A stretch of DNA of 43,529 nt from Alphaproteobacteria bacterium (GTDB lineage Bacteria; Pseudomonadota; Alphaproteobacteria; Rhizobiales; Aestuariivirgaceae). The notes below the pieces were generated by a model, which saw only the letters and a list, made by a program, of their open reading frames with translations, did not search any database and was not told where the DNA came from. Shown here in pieces: positions 25,168-33,949 of this stretch; position 1 is the stretch's first letter, and each line of letters begins with the position of its first letter. The position numbers and the translations under genes were made by a program. The stretch lies in assembly GCA_024279045.1 (NCBI GenBank), contig JAJRRZ010000046.1:1-43529 (forward strand). Direction: 5' to 3'.

Positions 25168-26628
25168 TCACCCCTTGCTGTTGGCATTGATCAATACATG
25201 CCGTGGCGCCCTGCGCGCACCCAGCAACTCGCCCGTAACGCGCCGCGCATGGTCGTATCCCGCCACGGCAATGCGCACTTCGTCGAACACATTGGCCGAG
25301 ATCACTGCCCGTCCCGCGCCCTTGACCACCGATACCGCCACTCCCACCGGGCTTTGACGCACCACATTGCCCGTGGCCGTTACATTGCGCAGATATTTGC
25401 CCCAACCCAGGGCAATGCCATATTTCGCCGCCCGCTCCACCACATTGCCGGTTACGGTGCTGTCCGCTTCAACGCCAATGCCGTATCCTTCCTCGCCCGG
25501 CAGTCCGCGCACCGGTATCAGATCACGCACGATGTTGCCCGTTACCGTCGCCAGCCGCCCGCCTTCCTTCATGTTTGTAACCGAAATGCCCGCCGTCGCA
25601 CCTTCCACCAGGTTGCCGGCCACCAACGCCCTTTCGAAGGTGAATTCGACGAAAATCGCCACCTCGCCGGAGCGGCGGCAGATGTTGCGGGCAATCACCA
25701 CCTCATCCCCGGAATTGTCGCGCACCGAGCTGTAGGCGCACTCCGCGATATCGTTGTCCACCACCCGCACACCACCACCGCGAAACACGTTTATCCCGTT
25801 GCCGTTCTGCCCTGTGCCACCGGCATCGGCACGAATGCGGCGGATGCGATTGCGAGCCACCAGCGCACCATCATGGCGCTTGACCGACTGCCACACCAGA
25901 ATGCCGCCATTGCCGCAATGCATGATGTCGTTGTGGGTGATTTCCAGAGCCTGGCAGTCCAGTGCGAACAGAGCCGTTTCCGCCACATCACGCAGCCGGT
26001 TGCCCACCAGCAGTCCGCCACAACCACGCAGGAAAAGCCCGTGTCCACGCGCCTGCTCGATGATGCAGTCCACAACCCGCACCGAGGCGATGTCTTCCAG
26101 CATCAGCAGCCCGTCTGCCTGCTCCTGCCCCATGGCGCGCTGCTGCCCCGCACCATCAATCCGCACGCCCAGCAGCTCGCACCGTGCCGTGCCTCGCACC
26201 CGCAGCAATCTGCGCGCGCCCGCCCGGCACACCAGCCGCGAATCCGCATCGCCCACCAACCGCACCGGCTGGCGCAGCTCCACATCGCCCGCCACCACAT
26301 CACCCGGCGGCAGACGCAGCGCCATGCCCAGCTCCGCCGCGCGGCGGATTGCCCGTTCGAGCTCCTGCGATTGATCACGTAACCTGTCTGGCAGCAACCC
26401 CAGCTCATGCGCTGGCACAGCCCTGGCCTCCACCCCGCGCGCCGCCAGCAGCCGCCCGTTTCCGGCTTCCACGCGCAAGCCCATGTCATCTGGCCCGTAT
26501 CCTGCCCGTGGCCGGGCGCCTTGCTCCTGTCCCAATGCCTGCCCTGCTGTTGTTGCCAAGGCCGGCAGCCCTGCCAACGCGCCCAGCGCGGCACGGCGCG
26601 TGCATCCCTGTCTGTCTTTGTGTGTCAT
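25168..26628 (-). CDS. Tat-exported right-handed beta-helix protein (TIGR03808-like)
   Basis: Twin-arginine TRRAALG signal; parallel beta-helix repeats (GGTGQNGNGINVFR, CAYSSVR, EVAIFVEF.FE, GGRLA...GN.VR, GIGVEAD, GWGKYLRNV). Confidence 0.8.
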   Translation of the reverse strand: MTHKDRQGCTRRAALGALAGLPALATTAGQALGQEQGARPRAGYGPDDMGLRVEAGNGRLLAARGVEARAVPAHELGLLPDRLRDQSQELERAIRRAAELGMALRLPPGDVVAGDVELRQPVRLVGDADSRLVCRAGARRLLRVRGTARCELLGVRIDGAGQQRAMGQEQADGLLMLEDIASVRVVDCIIEQARGHGLFLRGCGGLLVGNRLRDVAETALFALDCQALEITHNDIMHCGNGGILVWQSVKRHDGALVARNRIRRIRADAGGTGQNGNGINVFRGGGVRVVDNDIAECAYSSVRDNSGDEVVIARNICRRSGEVAIFVEFTFERALVAGNLVEGATAGISVTNMKEGGRLATVTGNIVRDLIPVRGLPGEEGYGIGVEADSTVTGNVVERAAKYGIALGWGKYLRNVTATGNVVRQSPVGVAVSVVKGAGRAVISANVFDEVRIAVAGYDHARRVTGELLGARRAPRHVLINANSKG

Positions 26629-26715
26629 GGCGGCACAACTCCTGTTCATAGCGCTTGCTACAGGCAATTTTCATGCCGCCTGCGCCCAAAAGCCGCAATG
26701 CCAGGCACGGCGCGC

Positions 26716-26729
26716 TTGACTAAAGTCAA
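26716..26729. promoter_or_regulatory. Putative FNR/FixK-family binding site
   Basis: TTGAC-TAAA-GTCAA, a symmetric variant of TTGAT-N4-ATCAA, in a divergent intergenic region. Confidence 0.6.
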
Positions 26730-26858
26730 GGAGAATGAAGCAGCAACGCCTTCCCATTCCAACAGAGAATGCCCTTGGCATGAAATTGCACCAGGGCGCC
26801 TGTTTTTGGTCGATGGGCCGGAATGGCCGGTCATGAACGGAGGGTAGGGAGCACAGCC

Positions 26859-27062
26859 ATGCTGAAGATGTTTCTGTTGATATACATCCTTGCCGGGCCA
26901 ACGCTGGCAGGCATCATGATGACTTTCGCACTGGCCACACGGCTGAGCAACAATACAATGTTGCTGCTCACGGCCATCGGCGCGGTGATCGCCCTGCCCA
27001 TCGCCTGGATCGTGGCCAGGATGATTGTCGAAAGGACCGGCTGGGGCCAGCGCAATACCTAG
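26859..27062 (+). CDS. Small two-TM membrane protein (67 aa), conserved hypothetical
   Basis: GGGAG RBS; GPTLAG...ALA...GAVIALPIAWIVAR pattern of a small alphaproteobacterial membrane protein. Its stop TAG is formed at the MITE junction. Confidence 0.75.
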   Translation: MLKMFLLIYILAGPTLAGIMMTFALATRLSNNTMLLLTAIGAVIALPIAWIVARMIVERTGWGQRNT

Positions 27063-27222
27063 GGTCTGGACTCAATACCTGAGCACTCCCCATGTGCATT
27101 TTGGCTTCATATCAAACGGTTTTTCGTTCTTGCCAATAGCTCCACTATTGCCCGCGAACGAAAAACCGCTGCTATCTTGCCAAAATGCCCATGAGAAGCA
27201 CTCATTTATTTAGACCAGACCC
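27062..27222. mobile_element. Palindromic MITE, copy 2 (161 bp, complete), TA duplication
   Basis: TA|GGGTCTGGACTCAAT ... ATTTAGACCAGACCC|TA; homologous to 1702-1861 and 29072-29208. Confidence 0.92.
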
Positions 27223-27398
27223 TAAGCCGCGACACACACCACTACAATGAGCCCTTGTCCATCCACGAGCGGATGGGCTCGCAGACTGCCGGAGCGCGTT
27301 CTTGCAAGGGACCCGCTCCGGTTTTCGTGAACAAGGGGAAATGGCCGAGCAACAAGGGCCACCAAACTATGGTGGCAAAATGGCGCTTGACGGCAACA

Positions 27399-27419
27399 AT
27401 GGAATTATAATAATTCCAT
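27399..27419. promoter_or_regulatory. AT-rich perfect inverted repeat (putative operator) upstream of cytochrome c'
   Basis: ATGGAATTA-TAA-TAATTCCAT just downstream of a TTGACG hexamer (27387-27392). Confidence 0.6.
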
Positions 27420-27505
27420 ATAACGCAACAGTGAATTGCACCCCTGCAATGCATTGTCGATTTTGAAAAACCCTCCTCGTCAATCAGGATACAGGGAGTA
27501 TCATC

Positions 27506-27982
27506 ATGAAGCGGATTGGAGCGACAGGCATGGCATTGGCCACTGCGGCAATGCTGGCTGGCGTGGCAATGGCAGGCGGCCATGGCGGCGCCAAGAAAAT
27601 GGCGGCCACCGGGCCGATTGCAGAGCGCCAACAGGCGATGAAGGACATCAAGAGCAACTTCGTGCCGCTGGTGAAGATGGTAAAGGGCGCCCAGCCGTTC
27701 GATGCCGCCACGGTGAAGAAAAACGCCGAGATCATCGCCGCCAAGCTGCAAGCCTCGGCAAAATTGTTCCCCGAAGGATCTGATACCGGCGACACCCGCG
27801 CCAAGCCGGAAATCTGGACGATGTCGGAAGAATTTCAGGCCATCATGAACACCGCCATAGAGAAGGCGAAGGCGCTGGCCAATGTGTCTTCCCCCGACCA
27901 GCTGGCCCCGGCGGTAATGGCGCTGGGCGGCGAGGGCTGCAAGGCATGCCACGAGAAGTTCCGCAAGCCGAAGCAGAAGTAA
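27506..27982 (+). CDS. Cytochrome c' / c556 (class II four-helix cytochrome c)
   Basis: Signal peptide, ERQQAMK, LFPEGS, AKPEIW, C-terminal CKACH..FR. Confidence 0.93.
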   Translation: MKRIGATGMALATAAMLAGVAMAGGHGGAKKMAATGPIAERQQAMKDIKSNFVPLVKMVKGAQPFDAATVKKNAEIIAAKLQASAKLFPEGSDTGDTRAKPEIWTMSEEFQAIMNTAIEKAKALANVSSPDQLAPAVMALGGEGCKACHEKFRKPKQK

Positions 27983-28002
27983 TGCATGCTTGCATCGCAT
28001 CG

Positions 28003-28028
28003 AACGGCGGGCCTTCTGGCCCGCCGTT
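28003..28028 (+). terminator. Stem-loop after cytochrome c' (terminator or mRNA stabiliser)
   Basis: AACGGCGGGCC-TTCT-GGCCCGCCGTT perfect 11-bp stem; weak U tract. Confidence 0.65.
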
Positions 28029-28097
28029 GTCATTCATGGTGCTGCGCGCACCTGTTTGTGCTTGCAGTGATGCAGCGGCTGGGATAATCGCCTGCAC

Positions 28098-29003
28098 ATG
28101 GCAGAGAAACGGCGCACACTGAGGTGGTGGCATATCCTGCTGGCAGTCCTGGCGCTGGCAGGGGCGGGCGTGGCTTTTGCCTATCAACGCCTGTCCATAC
28201 CATTGCCGGAAAGCGCCCTGCCCGCCGATTACCGGCCAGACGTGAAAAACGGCGAGCGCATGTATTTCGCCGGTGGATGCATTTCCTGCCATCGCGGCAT
28301 CGGCCCGTTCGTGGAGCTGCCCGCTGGCGGGCGCAAGATGAAGATCCCCGGCGGCGAGATCGTCCCCCCCAACATCACCCCGGACGATGAAACCGGCATC
28401 GGCAAATGGCGGCCAATCGACTTCCTCAACGCCATGCGCCGCGGCCTCGGCCCCGATGGTACGCACTACATTCCAGCCTTTCCCTATACTTCCTATGCCT
28501 GGATGCGCACCGAGGACATCCTCGACCTTTTCGCCTATCTGAAGACACTCGAACCCGTGCGCAACGAAGTGCCGCTGAAAACCGCACGGCTCGACCGTTT
28601 TGCCCTGGCTTTCTGGAAATGGCTGGCGTTGCCGCCACGCCCCTTCCGCGACCTGCCGGGCAAGGATGCTTTATGGAACCGCGGGGCCTACCTGGTGCTG
28701 GGGCCGGGCCATTGCGGCGAATGCCACACCCCGCGCAACGGCATTTTCCTGCTCGATCGCAACCGCTGGCTGGCCGGTGCGCCACTGTTGACCGAAAAGG
28801 GTGATGCCCCCTCGTTGCGAGGGCTGAAAAAGCGCAAACGCTACAAGGATGTCAACGATCTGATGCAAGCGCTGAAATACGGGGAAGCCATGGGCTACGA
28901 AGATCTCTCAGCCGGCGGCATGGGCGAGGTGCAGTCCAACCTTTCCAGATTGCCCGATGCAGACCTGAAGGCCATCGCCACCTATCTGATGAGTCTGGAT
29001 TAA
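28098..29003 (+). CDS. Membrane-anchored diheme cytochrome c
   Basis: N-terminal TM, CISCH and CGECH heme motifs, PNITPD.ETGIG.W, PAFPYTSY, RGAYLV.GPGHC.ECHTPR. Confidence 0.92.
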   Translation: MAEKRRTLRWWHILLAVLALAGAGVAFAYQRLSIPLPESALPADYRPDVKNGERMYFAGGCISCHRGIGPFVELPAGGRKMKIPGGEIVPPNITPDDETGIGKWRPIDFLNAMRRGLGPDGTHYIPAFPYTSYAWMRTEDILDLFAYLKTLEPVRNEVPLKTARLDRFALAFWKWLALPPRPFRDLPGKDALWNRGAYLVLGPGHCGECHTPRNGIFLLDRNRWLAGAPLLTEKGDAPSLRGLKKRKRYKDVNDLMQALKYGEAMGYEDLSAGGMGEVQSNLSRLPDADLKAIATYLMSLD

Positions 29004-29071
29004 GGTCTCTCGCCCATTTTCCGCGGGCAATGGCCATGCTGGGGTTACCGGCAAGACCCTCCACTCCGGCA

Positions 29072-29208
29072 AGGTATGGCCTCAATAAATGAGTGCTTCT
29101 CATGGGCATTTTGGCAAAATAGCAGCGGTTTTTCGTTCGCAGGCAATAGTGGAGCTATTGGCAAGAACGAAAAACCGCCTGAAATGCAGCCAAAATGCAC
29201 ACGGAGCC
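29072..29208. mobile_element. Palindromic MITE, copy 3 (degenerate, with a deletion near the right end)
   Basis: AGGTATGGCCTCAATAAATGAGTGC...GCCAAAATGCACACGGAGCC|TA; core nearly identical to copy 1. Confidence 0.88.
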
Positions 29209-29969
29209 TATGCGCTTTTCGCCAGCCGCACTTCTGCCCGCCAGCCATCATAGATGCCGCCTAGCCGCTGCGCCTCTTCCGCAATGAGATGCGTGTCGGA
29301 ATCCAGCAACTCGGCGTGCAATGGCATGTTGCGGCGAAAGATGATCTGATGCAGCCCTTCGCCATTGGGCGGTGGCAACAGGCTGCTCACCATGAAACCG
29401 TTGCGTCGCGCCCATTCGGCAAAGGCATGAGCCTGCACGCTATTGTCCATCAGCACGGTATGCTCCACCGGGCGCTCGCGGGATGCATCATCCCCCAACG
29501 CTGCCATGTCGGCGAGCTGCTCGACATTGCGGGTGCGGCGCAGCTCTTCCGCGGTGGGCAGCAGCGCCTCGTGATATACCCGGTGCATGGCATCGGCCAT
29601 CATTTCCGCGCCCAGCGCCACTTGCTTGCGCAGGGCAATGCGGCGCAACAGGGTCGCCACTTCGTTCCAGCCGCAGGGCACATAGAAGAACCAGCTGTGC
29701 AGCCCGTTGCCAGACACTTCGCCAACACAGTGCCCGTTCAACGCACCGATCCAGTTGATCAGCTCATCGCGCAGATCAGCAATGATCTCCTCCTCGCCGA
29801 GGGTAGGCAGGCCATCCTCGTCGGCCTGACGTAACATATATTGCACCTTCAGCAGGTTGGGCGCATCAAGATCAGCCAGCTCCCGCGCCGCACTCATGTC
29901 CACGCCGATGCTGGCCACCCGACCATCGATATCGGCAAAGTAGGTTTCCCATTCACAGGCATTGTGCAT
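29208..29969 (-). CDS. DUF695 domain protein with C-terminal RraB-like domain
   Basis: WETYF..IDG..ASI.VD, DGLP...E, GDD.S.ERPVEH, C-terminal GG.YDGW. Confidence 0.78.
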   Translation of the reverse strand: MHNACEWETYFADIDGRVASIGVDMSAARELADLDAPNLLKVQYMLRQADEDGLPTLGEEEIIADLRDELINWIGALNGHCVGEVSGNGLHSWFFYVPCGWNEVATLLRRIALRKQVALGAEMMADAMHRVYHEALLPTAEELRRTRNVEQLADMAALGDDASRERPVEHTVLMDNSVQAHAFAEWARRNGFMVSSLLPPPNGEGLHQIIFRRNMPLHAELLDSDTHLIAEEAQRLGGIYDGWRAEVRLAKSA

Positions 29970-30130
29970 GACGTTTTCCCGCAGTCCCCGCAGTTTTCGT
30001 GGTGTTGCGGACATTGTCGCGGCACGGGGCTTAACAGCCCCTTGCAACGGCGCACCTGGCGGCGCAAACATGCGGGCATGGTTGGCAAGTGGTAAACACC
30101 GACACCAACGACTCAAGAAACGGGGGCGGC

Positions 30131-30946
30131 ATGGTCAATGCAATCTTCACACGGGAAGGGCCGAAGCGAGCGCTGATAACCGGTGCATCGGGCGGCATTG
30201 GCGAGGCCTTTGCACGGCTGCTGGCCGAAGAGGACTGGGAGCTGGCGCTGGTGGCGCGCAATGCCGAACAGCTCAACCGGGTGGCCGGCGTGGTGCACGC
30301 CGAACATGGCGTGGCGGCGCACGCCCTGCCCGCCGACCTGACCGACACACGGGCCATAGATCATCTGGCCGGCAAGCTGGCGGAGATGGACTTTCGCCCC
30401 GATGTGCTCATCAACAACGCCGGTTTCGGGCTAATGGGCCGGGCGCTGGAGCTTGATCGCCAGGAACAGCTTCAGATCATCGATCTGAATGTGCGCGCGC
30501 TCATCGACCTGACACTGCGCCTGCTGCCACACATGCGCCAGCAGGGCGCGGGCGGCGTGCTGAACGTTTCCTCCCTCGCCGGGTTCATGCCGGGGCCGGG
30601 CATGGCGGTATATTACGCCAGCAAGGCGGCGGTGCTATCGTTTTCCGAAGCGCTGGCGGAAGAGATGCGCCCGCATGGTGTGCAGGTGAGCGCGCTGTGC
30701 CCGGGGCCGGTGAAAACCGGCTTTCAGGATCGCGCCGGCATGCGCAAGAGTCGCATCACGCGTCTGCTGCCGGGGCATTCCGCGCAGCGAGTGGCGCGTG
30801 CTGGCTGGCAGGGTTTCAAGGAAGGCCGGGTGGTTATCGTGCCGGGGCTGTTCAACAGTCTTGCGGCCATGTCGGTGCGCTTCACGCCGCGCTTCGCGCT
30901 GCGCCGGATGAACGCCTGGCTCACCGGCGCACACCGCGGCAGGTAA
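30131..30946 (+). CDS. Short-chain dehydrogenase/reductase
   Basis: TGASGGIG, LINNAGFG, NVSS, YYASK, LCPGPV.T. Confidence 0.94.
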   Translation: MVNAIFTREGPKRALITGASGGIGEAFARLLAEEDWELALVARNAEQLNRVAGVVHAEHGVAAHALPADLTDTRAIDHLAGKLAEMDFRPDVLINNAGFGLMGRALELDRQEQLQIIDLNVRALIDLTLRLLPHMRQQGAGGVLNVSSLAGFMPGPGMAVYYASKAAVLSFSEALAEEMRPHGVQVSALCPGPVKTGFQDRAGMRKSRITRLLPGHSAQRVARAGWQGFKEGRVVIVPGLFNSLAAMSVRFTPRFALRRMNAWLTGAHRGR

Positions 30947-31032
30947 CGCAAAACGCCTGTTCCCCTTGCGCGATTGTTGCCGCTGTGGTTTGCCATGGCG
31001 CACGTTGATCACATTGCAGCGGAGATGCGCCC

Positions 31033-32853
31033 GTGGCCAGACGAGACAGCGCGGAGCTGGACATTCTGCCCGCCGACCCCAAACGCCGCCCCAAAAGCCA
31101 CAACCTGAAACCACTGCGGCGGCTGCTGCCCTACCTGACGCGCCATCGCGGGCGGGTGATTGCCGCGTTCATCGCCCTGTTGGCGGCGGCAGCGGCAACG
31201 CTGGCCGTGCCGCTGGCGGTGCGCCGCGTCATCGATAACGGCTTCTCGGCGGAAAACGCACAATTCGTGGACCAGTATTTCGCCATGATGCTGGCAGTGG
31301 CGGCGCTGCTGGCGGTGGCCTCCGCCGCGCGCTACTACTTCGTAACCTGGCTGGGCGAAAAGGTGGTGGCCGACCTGCGCGCCGATGTCTTTGCCCATCT
31401 GCTGACGCTGTCGCCCGCGTTCTACGAGAAGAACCACTCCGGCGAGGTGCTCTCGCGGCTGATGGCCGACACCACGCAGATCAAGACTGCCTTCGGCGCC
31501 ACCGCCTCCGTGGCGCTGCGCAACCTGGTGCTGCTCGTCGGTGCGGTGGTGATGATGGTCATCACCTCCGCGAAACTCTCCGGCATCACCCTGCTGGCCA
31601 TACCGCTGATCGTGCTGCCGCTGATCATCTATGGCCGGCGCGTGCGCAAGCTCTCGCGCAAGGCGCAGGACACGCTGGCCGAAACGGCGGCGCTGGCGCA
31701 GGAGTCGGTTTCCGCCGTGCCAGTAATCCAGGCCTACCGCCAGGAGCAACGCCTCACACGCAAGTTCATGCAGGCCACGCAAGCTGCTTTCAAGGCGGCG
31801 GCGAAGCGCACCAGCGCGCGCGCGGTGCTCACGGCGATGATCATCTTCATTGCCTTCGGCGCCATCGTCGCGGTGCTGTGGATGGGCGCGCGCGACGTGT
31901 TGGCAGGCACCATGACCGCGGGCGAACTGGGGCAGTTCGTGCTCTATGCGGCCTTTGCCGCCGGTGCGTTGGGCTCGCTGTCGGAGGTCTGGGGTGAGGT
32001 GCAGCTCACCGCTGGCGCAGCGGAGCGGCTGGCGGAGATCCTCGACACCCAGCCAGACGTGAAAACACCGGACAACCCCGTGGCCCTGCCGACGCCGCCG
32101 CGTGGCGAGGTGGTCTTCGACAAGGTTACCTTTCACTATCCCTCCCGGCCCGATGCCGCGGCGCTGGATGATGTGTCGTTCCACGTCGCGCCGGGCGAGC
32201 GGCTGGCCATCGTCGGACCGTCGGGCGCGGGCAAGAGCACCATCTTCAACCTGCTGCTGCGCTTCTACGACCCGCAATCCGGCGAAGTGCACGTCGATGG
32301 CGTGAACATCAAGATGGCCGATCCGCGCGAGGTGCGCGCGCGCATGGCGCTGGTGCCGCAGGAGGTGGTGATCTTCTCCACCACCATTCGCGAGAACATC
32401 CGTTTCGGCAATCCGGATGCCTCGGACGCGGAAGTGGAAGCGGCGGCCAAAGCGGCAAGGGTGGACGAGTTCGCCGCCAACCTGCCCGACGGGCTGGACA
32501 CGCAACTGGGCGAGCGCGGCGTGAACCTCTCCGGTGGGCAGCGCCAGCGCATCGCCATTGCCCGCGCCATTCTGGCCGATGCGCCGATATTGCTGCTGGA
32601 CGAGGCCACCAGCGCACTGGACGCCGAGAGCGAGCGCCACGTGCAGGCGGCGCTGGAAACGCTGATGGAAGGACGCACGACACTGGCCATCGCCCACCGC
32701 CTGGCCACCGTGCGCGGGGCAGATCGCATCATCGTCATGGAGCACGGGCGCATTGTCGAAATCGGCACGCACGAGGAGTTGGTCCAGCGCGGCGGGCTCT
32801 ATGCGAAGCTGGCGCGGTTGCAGTTCACCGACGCGGAACCACTGCAGGCGTGA
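31033..32853 (+). CDS. ABC exporter, fused TMD-NBD (MsbA-related)
   Basis: SGEVLSRL.ADTT, GPSGAGKST, LSGGQRQR, LLLDEATSALD, IAHRL. Confidence 0.94.
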   Translation: MARRDSAELDILPADPKRRPKSHNLKPLRRLLPYLTRHRGRVIAAFIALLAAAAATLAVPLAVRRVIDNGFSAENAQFVDQYFAMMLAVAALLAVASAARYYFVTWLGEKVVADLRADVFAHLLTLSPAFYEKNHSGEVLSRLMADTTQIKTAFGATASVALRNLVLLVGAVVMMVITSAKLSGITLLAIPLIVLPLIIYGRRVRKLSRKAQDTLAETAALAQESVSAVPVIQAYRQEQRLTRKFMQATQAAFKAAAKRTSARAVLTAMIIFIAFGAIVAVLWMGARDVLAGTMTAGELGQFVLYAAFAAGALGSLSEVWGEVQLTAGAAERLAEILDTQPDVKTPDNPVALPTPPRGEVVFDKVTFHYPSRPDAAALDDVSFHVAPGERLAIVGPSGAGKSTIFNLLLRFYDPQSGEVHVDGVNIKMADPREVRARMALVPQEVVIFSTTIRENIRFGNPDASDAEVEAAAKAARVDEFAANLPDGLDTQLGERGVNLSGGQRQRIAIARAILADAPILLLDEATSALDAESERHVQAALETLMEGRTTLAIAHRLATVRGADRIIVMEHGRIVEIGTHEELVQRGGLYAKLARLQFTDAEPLQA

Positions 32854-32929
32854 GACGTGAGGCGCGGTGTGCGAGGAGGAGTGAGGCGCGAGGTGCGAGA
32901 CTCGATGTGCGAGGCATGAAGCACGAGGA
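32850..32929 (+). repeat. Degenerate heptamer tandem repeat (consensus GYGAGGY, about 11 units)
   Basis: gtgagac gtgaggc gcggtgt gcgagga (gga) gtgaggc gcgaggt gcgagac tcgatgt gcgaggc atgaagc acgagga. Confidence 0.6.
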
Positions 32930-33854
32930 CGGCATGGCGGCGGATGCGGCAACGGCAACCTTCCGGCAGCGGCTGGCGGAAACGGCACGAGACGTGCAGG
33001 CGTTGCTGGATGAATTGCTGCCATCGCCGGAAACAGCGCAAGCGCCACGGCTGGCGCGGGCCATGCGCCACGCGGCACTCAATGGCGGCAAGCGCATCCG
33101 CCCGTTCTTCGTGCGTGAAGCGGCGCGGCTGTTCGGCGAGGACAGCGCGCTGGACGCACGGGCGCTGCGCGCCGGCGCGGCTCTGGAGTGCCTGCACTGC
33201 TATTCGCTGGTGCATGATGACCTGCCGGCCATGGACGACGACAACCTGCGCCGCGGCCAGCCGACGGTGCATGTGGCTTTCGACGAGGCAACGGCCATTC
33301 TTGCCGGCGATGCCCTGCAGGCGCTGGCCTTCGGCATTCTCACCGATGCGGCCACGCACCCGCGGGCCGGGGTGCGCGCGCAACTGGTGGCGATGCTGGC
33401 GCACGCTTCCGGCGAGGCGGGCATGGTCGGCGGGCAGATGCGTGATCTGCAGGCCGAGCAGCAGCGCATCGACAACGAACACGAGATTGTCGCCATCCAG
33501 CGGCTGAAGACCGGCGCATTGTTCGATTTTGCGCTGCGGGCGGGAGGTGTGCTGGCCGAGGCGGACGAAGACGACCTGGCGCGGCTGGGCGCATATGCTC
33601 AAGCCGTGGGGCTGGCGTTTCAGATTGCCGATGACATTCTCGACGTGGAAGCCACCGCGGAGGAGCTGGGCAAGACGCCGGGCAAGGATGCCGCCGCCGG
33701 CAAGGCGACATTCGTCGATCTGCTGGGGCTTGATGGCGCGCGCACCAAGGCGGCGGAACTGGTGGAACAGGCGCGGGATGCTCTCTCGTCCTATGGCGAC
33801 CGTGCCGATGTGCTGCGCGCGGCGGCACGCTTCATCATCGACCGCCGTGGCTAA
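32916..33854 (+). CDS. ispA: Farnesyl diphosphate synthase / geranyltranstransferase
   Basis: GGKRIRP, SLVHDDLPAMDDDNLRRG, AILAGDAL, GMVGGQ, KTGAL, FQIADDILD, LGKTPGKD. Confidence 0.95.
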   Translation: MKHEDGMAADAATATFRQRLAETARDVQALLDELLPSPETAQAPRLARAMRHAALNGGKRIRPFFVREAARLFGEDSALDARALRAGAALECLHCYSLVHDDLPAMDDDNLRRGQPTVHVAFDEATAILAGDALQALAFGILTDAATHPRAGVRAQLVAMLAHASGEAGMVGGQMRDLQAEQQRIDNEHEIVAIQRLKTGALFDFALRAGGVLAEADEDDLARLGAYAQAVGLAFQIADDILDVEATAEELGKTPGKDAAAGKATFVDLLGLDGARTKAAELVEQARDALSSYGDRADVLRAAARFIIDRRG

Positions 33855-33949
33855 GCGGCAGCTCCCGCATTGCCTTCACTTCGACAGCCGAACATGAGCC
33901 GTTCACGCGTCGTCGGACGTCGGCCAGAAGACTGTTCTTCATGATCGGC

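Noticed and set aside
27387-27411. Canonical TTGACG/TATAAT promoter pairing
   Set aside because: Spacing is only 13 bp; the TATAAT is part of the palindrome, so the exact -10 is uncertain.
31009-33078. 689-aa minus-strand ORF
   Set aside because: Antisense to the ABC exporter.
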